This document shows, one piece after another, positions 57,174 through 64,000 of a stretch of DNA of 64,000 bases; positions within the stretch are counted from its first letter, which is position 1; each line of letters starts with the position of its first letter. Below the pieces are notes generated by a model. That model was not told the origin of the DNA, did no database searches, and was given only the letters and a program-made list of their open reading frames with translations. Where the stretch lies: contig JAJVIC010000006.1 of NCBI GenBank assembly GCA_022072225.1, positions 73,785 through 137,784 on the forward strand. Direction: 5' to 3'. The position numbers and the translations under genes are program-made. This DNA comes from Bacteroidia bacterium. GTDB lineage: Bacteria > Bacteroidota > Bacteroidia > SXHM01.

Positions 57174-58484
57174 TTATAAATGTACATAAGGACTATTTTC
57201 AGAATTAAATTTATGTATGATAGGTTCCCATTGCGGATTAACCCATGGTGTTTCTATTGTATAATAATCAAAGTATGCCCATTGCTCCAATGACGCGGGT
57301 GCTTTGAAACCTGCTGCTATTGCTTCCTCAAATAATGGGGTTCCTGGATAAGGAGCATAGAAATGTAATTTAACATCATGGCGGGGGTCGATAGCTCTGA
57401 TATGAGATGCTAATTCCAGAGTTTTTTCTATCTCATCTTTATCACCACAGTTAGGGAACCCTACTACAAAAGTAAAACTGCCCACAACGTCATATCTGCT
57501 GCATTTCTCAGCAAGACTAACAGTCATAGCAGGGGTTATTTCTTTTTTAATAATATCCAGTGCATTTTGGGAACCCGATTCAGCTCCTATTAGGAGACGT
57601 GAGCATCGTGAGCGGTTTAATAACTGCCATTGATCTTCAGTTAAACCATTTAATGTTTTAGGGTGACCAGATGCTGCCCAGGTAATATTATAATCAGTAT
57701 TTCCTAATGCCTCAGCAAACTGCATGACTAACGGTATATTCACAAAAAAATTAGCGTCATAAAATTTAATTGCATTTGCCTCGCCTGAATGCACTAAATA
57801 ATCAATGTCTTGCATTATTCTCTGTACTCCATATGATTTCCACCTTCTGTTGTACAGTGCAACTTCTGAACAAAATGTGCATTCAAAAGGACACCCCTGG
57901 CTGGAAACATAGTTTAAAATTTGAGTTCCGATCTTCGGGTCATTTCGCAGGTATTTTTTTACATCAATAAGTTGCCACGGAAATTCAGGCAGGATATTTT
58001 TATTACGTAGCGGCAATTGACCATTGTTGATTATATCTTGCTTTTCTTTATAAAGAATATTATCAATAGCTCTCAGGCTTTTACCTGTTTTTAATGCGTC
58101 AACTATTCCCTTAAAGGCGAATTCGCCCTGACCTTTAACTACTATGTCAATACATGGGTGTGCTATGGTTAATTCTGGGAAGATTGTAGCATGAGGGCCA
58201 CCCCAAACAGTAGTAATTTCAGGGTTGTGTTCTTTTATCTTTTTTGCAAAAGATAAGCCTCCGCTTATTTGGTGCCCGGTCATAGCACTAATTCCTACAC
58301 AAAGGCAATTCTCAGTAAGGTTCTTAAAATCAATTTCGTTATCTTTTAAATTATCATCGATTATTATTACTTCAAAATCATTGGCTACCACGCTAGCGAT
58401 AGACAAAAGAGAATAGGGTATCCAATAGAAAGAATAAAACCTCTCATGATGAGTTGCAGGATGATATAGTACTATTTTTTCCAT
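57174..58484 (-). CDS. B12-binding-domain radical SAM protein
   Basis: N-terminal Rossmann-like B12-binding-type region. QGCPFECTFCSE radical SAM cluster. Confidence 0.7.
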   Translation of the reverse strand: MEKIVLYHPATHHERFYSFYWIPYSLLSIASVVANDFEVIIIDDNLKDNEIDFKNLTENCLCVGISAMTGHQISGGLSFAKKIKEHNPEITTVWGGPHATIFPELTIAHPCIDIVVKGQGEFAFKGIVDALKTGKSLRAIDNILYKEKQDIINNGQLPLRNKNILPEFPWQLIDVKKYLRNDPKIGTQILNYVSSQGCPFECTFCSEVALYNRRWKSYGVQRIMQDIDYLVHSGEANAIKFYDANFFVNIPLVMQFAEALGNTDYNITWAASGHPKTLNGLTEDQWQLLNRSRCSRLLIGAESGSQNALDIIKKEITPAMTVSLAEKCSRYDVVGSFTFVVGFPNCGDKDEIEKTLELASHIRAIDPRHDVKLHFYAPYPGTPLFEEAIAAGFKAPASLEQWAYFDYYTIETPWVNPQWEPIIHKFNSENSPYVHL

Positions 58485-58507
58485 CGGATACCTGGCTTAA
58501 ATCCTTC

Positions 58508-58894
58508 TTACTGTTTTATGAATTGTGATATTTCCCATAAATTATTGTCAGGGTCTGCGAAATAGGCTACGCGTTGACCCCAAGGCATTGTTTTTGGTTC
58601 AATTAGAAACTTAACACCTGCATTTTTAAGTTTGGAATAATACTCATCTACATCGTCTACTGCATCCCAAGCCAAAATCATAGGTCTTGAGTCTGAACTT
58701 ACAGACAGTAACCCTCCGCATAAATCTTTAGCGGTGTTTTTGTCTAAAAGAGCGATAGTTGTCCCATCGGTTTTAAAGTCTGCGAAACTTTCCGATTCGT
58801 TCTGGACCTCTAATCCTAGTTTATCTCTGTAAAAAGAGATTGATTTTTTTAAATCAGCCACTACAAGGGCGATTGCCATAATTTTTTTAGTCAT
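58508..58894 (-). CDS. Glyoxalase/VOC-family protein
   Basis: MAIALVVADLKKSISFYRDKLGLEV. Start probably MTKKIMAI. Confidence 0.65.
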   Translation of the reverse strand: MTKKIMAIALVVADLKKSISFYRDKLGLEVQNESESFADFKTDGTTIALLDKNTAKDLCGGLLSVSSDSRPMILAWDAVDDVDEYYSKLKNAGVKFLIEPKTMPWGQRVAYFADPDNNLWEISQFIKQ

Positions 58895-58983
58895 GTTGTT
58901 TTTATTTAAAGGGTTAATAATGATCAAAAGTATAGCTATTTTTTGCTTGATTTGCACTCTATACCTTTATAATCAAGTAAATA

Positions 58984-59032
58984 CTGACACAAGATTGTCA
59001 GTGATAAGGGCATGCTGACATATAGTTGTCAG
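58984..59032. promoter_or_regulatory. Two tandem palindromic operator-like sites CTGACA-N6-TGTCAG
   Basis: CTGACACAAGATTGTCAG (58984..59001) and CTGACATATAGTTGTCAG (59015..59032), 31 bp centre to centre, each followed by TGAT. ~55 bp upstream of the SDR gene. Confidence 0.5.
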
Positions 59033-59086
59033 TGATTGGAAACCGTTGAACCTATGGTTTAAAAATTATTTAATTTCGACCTCAAT

Positions 59087-59794
59087 ATGAATATTGTAAT
59101 TATCGGAGGTACAAAAGGGCTCGGTATGGTTATAAGTAAAACCATATCCAATAAATCCGATAAGTTGATTATTACATATAATAGGGATGAATTCAATGCC
59201 ACTGCGGCACTTAATGAGCTAAAAAAAATCAATAAAAAAACTTTTTTGTATCAGGTTGATATCTCAGACCTGAAATCTATAGAACACTTAAAATATTCTT
59301 TAACGAAGCGCTTTGGTCAGATACATATATTAATTAATAATGTAGGAATTAATCAAAGAGAAAGGCTTTCAGAGATAACTGAAAATAGCTGGAATGAAAT
59401 TATAAATACAAATCTTACAGGTACTTTCTGGACGTGCAAATTATTTGGAGAACATATGTTTGAAAATAAAACCGGCTCAATAGTAAATATTAGTTCTACC
59501 GCAGGTATAAAACCATTTCCTAAATCATATCATTATGTTGCAGCTAAATCTGGGATTATATCTTTAACAAAGGCATTGGCAAAAGAGCTATCTCCATTTG
59601 TAAGAATTAATTCAGTGGCTCCTGGTTATATTGAGAGTCCAGGCAAGAAAAAAGATTTAAAATTACAGCAAGAAATACCTTTAAAGAGATATGGTAAAGC
59701 CATTGAGATTGCAAAAACTGTTAGCTTTATTGCTAAGGATGCAACATACATAACCGGACAAACTATTGTAGTAGACGGAGGAATGACATTATGA
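59087..59794 (+). CDS. SDR-family oxidoreductase
   Basis: IIGGTKGLGMVIS cofactor motif. NISS and YHYVAAKSG (YxxxK). Confidence 0.85.
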   Translation: MNIVIIGGTKGLGMVISKTISNKSDKLIITYNRDEFNATAALNELKKINKKTFLYQVDISDLKSIEHLKYSLTKRFGQIHILINNVGINQRERLSEITENSWNEIINTNLTGTFWTCKLFGEHMFENKTGSIVNISSTAGIKPFPKSYHYVAAKSGIISLTKALAKELSPFVRINSVAPGYIESPGKKKDLKLQQEIPLKRYGKAIEIAKTVSFIAKDATYITGQTIVVDGGMTL

Positions 59795-59813
59795 TAAAAT
59801 CTTAATTTATCTT

Positions 59814-60785
59814 ATGAAAAAACTTAAACTCAATAATTCTATAAAATTTTCATTAAAGCCAACCTCTCCATTTGCATTTGAAGGCACATTTTATAAGCCA
59901 TCGCATTTTCCTACACCTGACAGAAAATATTCAGATAATGTTTACTGGCAATCTTTAAATTTTAAAAATCAGTTATATGGTATTAAATTAAAAAGTATAG
60001 GCACCACCGCCAAACCTAATATAGAAGGTACTCTCTATTATAACGGTAAAGTAACAGATAAAACTATAGAAGAAATAAAGAATGAACTGTCTTTCAGGTT
60101 TGATTTAAATGCGAATCTTTCAGAAATGATAGATTTAGGAAAACGTGATGACCTTTTAACTCAGGCAATGAAAACAAGAAAAGGAATGCGGGTGTGCACA
60201 CCATATTCCTTATATGAATTTTTGGTTATTACAACTGTTTTGCAAAATACCACTGTTAGGCGTTCTGTGCAAATGATGAATAATCTTTTTACAACTTATG
60301 GTACATTGTTAAAATTTGATGATGTTGAGCTTTATGGTTTCTGGAATATTGATGCTCTTAATAATGCCTCAGAAGAGGATTTGCGAAACTTGAAGCTTGG
60401 TTACAGAGCCAAGATTTTTAAAAAACAAGCAGAAATGTTTCTAACTGATAAATACGTCACCGAAAAATTAAGAACTTTATCGAAAGAAAATTTAAGAAAA
60501 ACTTTATTAGCCATATATGGCGTGGGGCCTGCTTCAGTTCAGTATTTATTATTTGAAGTCTTTCATTTTTATGACGCCTGTGAATTCCTGCCCCCGTGGG
60601 AGCAAAAAATTTATTCACAATTATTATTTTCTCAGGATATAGTGGATTCCGAAAAAATACTAAAAAGGATTCATGAAAGATGGGGTAAATGGAAAATGTT
60701 AGCTATGCATTATATTTTTGAAGATTTATTTTGGCGGCATAAACAAGAAAATATTCCATGGCTAAAACAACTGATACGCCTTTAA
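59814..60785 (+). CDS. HhH-GPD-like (DNA glycosylase fold) protein, tentative
   Basis: LLAIYGVGPASVQYLLFEVFHFYDA resembles a helix-hairpin-helix GxG followed by a conserved Asp. Confidence 0.4.
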   Translation: MKKLKLNNSIKFSLKPTSPFAFEGTFYKPSHFPTPDRKYSDNVYWQSLNFKNQLYGIKLKSIGTTAKPNIEGTLYYNGKVTDKTIEEIKNELSFRFDLNANLSEMIDLGKRDDLLTQAMKTRKGMRVCTPYSLYEFLVITTVLQNTTVRRSVQMMNNLFTTYGTLLKFDDVELYGFWNIDALNNASEEDLRNLKLGYRAKIFKKQAEMFLTDKYVTEKLRTLSKENLRKTLLAIYGVGPASVQYLLFEVFHFYDACEFLPPWEQKIYSQLLFSQDIVDSEKILKRIHERWGKWKMLAMHYIFEDLFWRHKQENIPWLKQLIRL

Positions 60786-61849
60786 ATGAACAAAAACGAC
60801 CAAAAAGCCGAGTAGCTCGGTTAGTTAATATTATTGTATTGCTTGGTATTAAAGGTTCACTTACCGCTGAAGAACTATCGGAAAAACTTAAAGTAACAAA
60901 AAGAACAGTTTACAGAGATGTTGAAGCTCTTAATTCCTGGGGACTTAAAATTAAATCGAGTGCAGGGGTTGGGGGTGGATATCAATTACCGCCAGAAATA
61001 AAAATGAATTTATCAGCACTTACAGCTTCGGAAATCTCTTTTATAGGAGCAGGATCACTAGCAATAAAAGATTTCATAGACTTACATGAAGATGTTTACA
61101 ATTTTGAAATAACAAAGGAAAAATTAAGCAGTGGCCTGCCTCCTTCATTAAAACCAGTATTTGATAAATATAATAGTTGCTTTTATTTTGACCCTTCCCG
61201 ATGGTATAAGAAATATACCCTTTCAAACCATTTAAAATTATTGAGAGACGCAGTTATCGATGATTTTCAAATTAATATTTCATATAAAGAAATTAATAAT
61301 AATGAACGCAATGATTCTATCAATCCATACGGTCTAGTTTATAAATCTGATACATGGTATCTTGTCGGCTTATCTCAGTCTGACAAGACTATAAAGCGTT
61401 GGAATGTTACAAGATTAAATACTCTTGAGAAGTTAAATACTAATTTTAAAAGACCGGAGGGGTTTTCGTTAAAAGAATGGTGGACAAATGAACTGGAAGA
61501 ATTTGGAAAAGGCAATGTCAAGGTTTCATTAAAAATAAGTAAGGATGCAATGCACAGGTTTTCTCGATTTCAGTGGAAAGCAAATAATAAGTTTTATGAT
61601 AATGATAACTCAATCATTGTTGAGTTAATGGTTGATAATTATAACTGGCTTATAGATATTGTCCTTGTTAGTCAGGGAAAGGTTACTGTTATTGAACCGG
61701 AAGACTTAAAATCAAAAATTCAAAATATTGCATCTACCATAAATATTAGCCACTCATTTCCTGATAGTCCCTTAATTGATAATAAAAAAACGATAAACAT
61801 AAGTGATCTTGAAGCTTTGAGTTTATCGGAGGGTAAAGGAGATGAATAA
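60758..61849 (+). CDS. WYL-domain transcriptional regulator (HTH + WYL)
   Basis: N-terminal HTH ARLVNIIVLLGIKGSLTAEELSEKLKVTKRTVYRDVEAL. WYL motif YKSDTWYLVGL...RWNVTRL. 28-nt overlap with upstream gene. Confidence 0.7.
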   Translation: MAKTTDTPLNEQKRPKSRVARLVNIIVLLGIKGSLTAEELSEKLKVTKRTVYRDVEALNSWGLKIKSSAGVGGGYQLPPEIKMNLSALTASEISFIGAGSLAIKDFIDLHEDVYNFEITKEKLSSGLPPSLKPVFDKYNSCFYFDPSRWYKKYTLSNHLKLLRDAVIDDFQINISYKEINNNERNDSINPYGLVYKSDTWYLVGLSQSDKTIKRWNVTRLNTLEKLNTNFKRPEGFSLKEWWTNELEEFGKGNVKVSLKISKDAMHRFSRFQWKANNKFYDNDNSIIVELMVDNYNWLIDIVLVSQGKVTVIEPEDLKSKIQNIASTINISHSFPDSPLIDNKKTINISDLEALSLSEGKGDE

Positions 61850-61913
61850 GTGACAAACAGTTGTCATTTATAATATTGATTGTTTAATCATGCAATGAAA
61901 ATGAGTAATAAAT

Positions 61914-62588
61914 TTGTTCAGAATATTTTATATTATCATGAACAAAAAGGTTACTATACTGATTAGACATGCCGAATCTGTTAAGAACACGTTAAATATT
62001 TTTAGTGACATTAAACAGAAACAGCCCCTGACTGAAAAAGGTTATAATCAGGCACAAAAGATAGCCCACTTTCTTAAAACTATTTCTTCTTTTAGTTTTC
62101 CTAACGGAATTCATATTTATAGTGATACAGACATTCGCACTTTTCATACAGCAGAAATAATCTCTGACGCTTTAAAAGTAAAGCATTCAGTTGCAGATTT
62201 TGAGTCAATTAATGTTGGCTTATTGAAGGGGGTATCTGAAGAAACGGTAAAAAAAACTTATCCTGAATTAGCTGAAAAAGAAGATTTGTACAGGCTCGGG
62301 AAAATTGATGGGTATGAAATAGAATACCCCGAAGGTGATACCATTCAATCTTTTCAAAGAAAAAAAGTAAATACCTATAAAGAAATTTGGAAGGATTCTA
62401 ATAGTTCAGCACTAATTATAGTGACCCATCAATCCGTTATTGGTGCTATATTAAACCATTATAATAAGATAGAAAATAAAGACAGTTTATACCGGTTTAT
62501 ACCAGTAGACTTTTGCAGCATTTCCACATTAGCGCATACTTCGGCAGGTGATGGAAAAATAGGTTGCATAAATTACACTCCCACATAA
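61914..62588 (+). CDS. Histidine phosphatase (phosphoglycerate-mutase-like) family protein
   Basis: ILIRHAESVKN (RHG/AE motif) and IVTHQSV downstream His. Confidence 0.7.
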   Translation: MFRIFYIIMNKKVTILIRHAESVKNTLNIFSDIKQKQPLTEKGYNQAQKIAHFLKTISSFSFPNGIHIYSDTDIRTFHTAEIISDALKVKHSVADFESINVGLLKGVSEETVKKTYPELAEKEDLYRLGKIDGYEIEYPEGDTIQSFQRKKVNTYKEIWKDSNSSALIIVTHQSVIGAILNHYNKIENKDSLYRFIPVDFCSISTLAHTSAGDGKIGCINYTPT

Positions 62589-62610
62589 GCCAACCCATTG
62601 TCTCTAAATC

Positions 62611-62769
62611 TCACCTGAGGCTCATCAGAAAGAAAAAGATTCCCATCACAGCTACAATTATAAGTACGTAGAAACACTTTTGGTTTTCTGTGATTTTCAG
62701 AAATTCAGGGTCATTGGGTTCGTTTGGATGGAAAACTATATCAAACAAAGCGGCTATATATTTCTTCAT
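62611..62769 (-). CDS. Small membrane peptide (52 aa), cassette copy 2
   Basis: MKKYIAALFDIVFHPNEPNDPEFLKITENQKCFYVLIIVAVMGIFFFLMSLR. Homologue of 23724..23885. Confidence 0.5.
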   Translation of the reverse strand: MKKYIAALFDIVFHPNEPNDPEFLKITENQKCFYVLIIVAVMGIFFFLMSLR

Positions 62770-62773
62770 AGGT

Positions 62774-62998
62774 TTAAGCTGCTCTATTGGGAATAAGTGG
62801 TACAGGCTCAAATGCTCGCATATCACGCAATCGGTTGCCTGAAAGGTTGTATTCTACTTCTACTACAAAATCGTATAGTAGATAATATTTCCAGATGCAT
62901 TTACCGTACTCTACTCGTTCTTCAACATATTTTCCTTTTGTCTGAATGAGGCTTGCTCGTCTTTGAAGCGAGAGCATATTAAATTCAACATTGTTCAT
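62774..62998 (-). CDS. Small conserved protein (74 aa), cassette copy 2
   Basis: Homologue of 23882..24103. 4 nt upstream of the membrane-peptide gene. Confidence 0.5.
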   Translation of the reverse strand: MNNVEFNMLSLQRRASLIQTKGKYVEERVEYGKCIWKYYLLYDFVVEVEYNLSGNRLRDMRAFEPVPLIPNRAA

Positions 62999-63026
62999 AC
63001 TTTTATTTTGTGTTGCACTAATTAAT

Positions 63027-63968
63027 TTATACAGATTTTACAGCCTTTTCCGCCTTAAAACTTTCTACAGGAGAAAAAGAGTCCAATCTGCCGGTACTTT
63101 CAATCCTGAGCGCATAATAATTGCCATTATAATATAAGCCTTTATCACCGTAGGTCCTAAAATCAAGCTTCTTCGACAGTCTGTCTTCAATTTTATCTTC
63201 TAAATTTTCTATTGCAATCTTTAATACGCGCTGAATATCTTTCTGATTATATTGAAACTTTGATTTTAACTTAAATGCGCCTTCAGGCTGGAGTTCATCA
63301 CAATGCCGTAGATAAACATGTAGATAGCTTTTAAAATCCATATATACAGGGTGTTTTGTATTGTACACAGAAAGCACTTCGTCTTCAAAAGTTATGGCTG
63401 ATTTAAGCACTTCAACGTAAATTTCAGGATGCTCCCGAACGAAAATGGCAATATCAGTGATGCCGCTTCTTTTTAATTCTTCCTTGAATATATCAAGTCT
63501 CTGAATGGTTCTGTTTCTCAGTAAGACAGAAAATTCTTCATCTTCTTCTTTAGAGATTTTTTGAGCATATGTTTTGGCAGCTAATTCATAGAACCGCACT
63601 TCTTTCCTTACCAATCCACCCGGTGTATAAATTTTGTCTTTGAAAAGACCTATTGAGGCTGTCTCTTGAGTATACAAAAAATAACCACAGAACTCGTCCC
63701 ATTCTCTTTGTATCAGGGTATATCCATCAGTAAATTTCTGTTTATGCAAGTAATGCCCCAACTGAGCCGGGGTAATTCCTGTATCATCAAAGGGCACATA
63801 GATAGTATTAGGGATTTCTTTTCGACCTTTCTGTGCATAAGCATTTACTTCAGGATGAATATTCAGTACCGATAATTCATAAATATCTCCGCTACTAAAA
63901 CCATTTTGTATTAGTTCACGATGTTGATCTCTATTTAATTTATAATTTGATGATGCTCTTAGTTTCAC
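63027..63968 (-). CDS. Hypothetical protein (313 aa)
   Basis: ORF only, no recognised motif. Confidence 0.4.
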   Translation of the reverse strand: MKLRASSNYKLNRDQHRELIQNGFSSGDIYELSVLNIHPEVNAYAQKGRKEIPNTIYVPFDDTGITPAQLGHYLHKQKFTDGYTLIQREWDEFCGYFLYTQETASIGLFKDKIYTPGGLVRKEVRFYELAAKTYAQKISKEEDEEFSVLLRNRTIQRLDIFKEELKRSGITDIAIFVREHPEIYVEVLKSAITFEDEVLSVYNTKHPVYMDFKSYLHVYLRHCDELQPEGAFKLKSKFQYNQKDIQRVLKIAIENLEDKIEDRLSKKLDFRTYGDKGLYYNGNYYALRIESTGRLDSFSPVESFKAEKAVKSV

Positions 63969-64000
63969 ACTTCCGTTTGTCCTGGGTATCTCCTTCGAGT

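Noticed and set aside
1-64000. CRISPR arrays, rRNA and tRNA genes
   Set aside because: No regularly spaced short direct repeats, no rRNA-like conserved stretches, and no tRNA cloverleaf/T-loop (GTTCGAATC-type) motifs were found in any intergenic region. The GC-richer spacer at 26776..27346 was checked specifically and does not fold as a tRNA or tmRNA (no ANDENYALAA-type tag frame).

Overview
AT-rich (about one-third GC, judged by eye) chromosomal segment whose gene content looks Bacteroidota-like, dominated by mobile and defence DNA. Two diverged (not identical) ~7-kb copies of a large-serine-recombinase integrative element lie at 6.3-13.3 kb and 49.2-56.2 kb. Each carries a beta-class DNA MTase with an atypical DPQY motif IV, a RadC/JAB protein, a gamma-class MTase-like protein lacking NPPF, a soluble TraD/HerA-like ATPase, and a winged-helix Rep-like protein plus XRE regulator. 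Each copy sits next to a diverged PtuAB-like (Septu) ATPase + HNH pair (1-2162, partial at the window edge, and 40421-43418). Between them is a different convergent cargo: an orphan ~1350-aa ORF with no recognisable motifs in copy A, and a GajA/GajB (Gabija) pair fused directly downstream of xseA-xseB in copy B. A defence island spans 33.4-47.4 kb: a candidate novel operon (HerA/TraD-like ATPase with a C-terminal Mrr-cat-like domain, an Mrr-cat nuclease, and two small ORFs), then a GmrSD-like DUF262/DUF1524 protein, Septu and Gabija. Also present: a third serine recombinase with XRE regulators; a structured GC-richer intergenic region with its own terminator; a polymorphic-toxin-like secreted protein (transglutaminase-like N-terminus + RHS-core motif + unknown C-terminal domain) followed by a MORN-repeat lipoprotein (candidate immunity protein); and a twice-occurring two-gene small-peptide cassette. 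The rest is an ordinary metabolic block (Fe-ADH, TauD-like dioxygenase, PK-like protein, a LacI-regulated ribokinase operon), a radical-SAM pair, and an SDR / HhH-GPD-like / WYL-regulator operon preceded by tandem palindromic operators. No rRNA, tRNA or CRISPR array was recognised.
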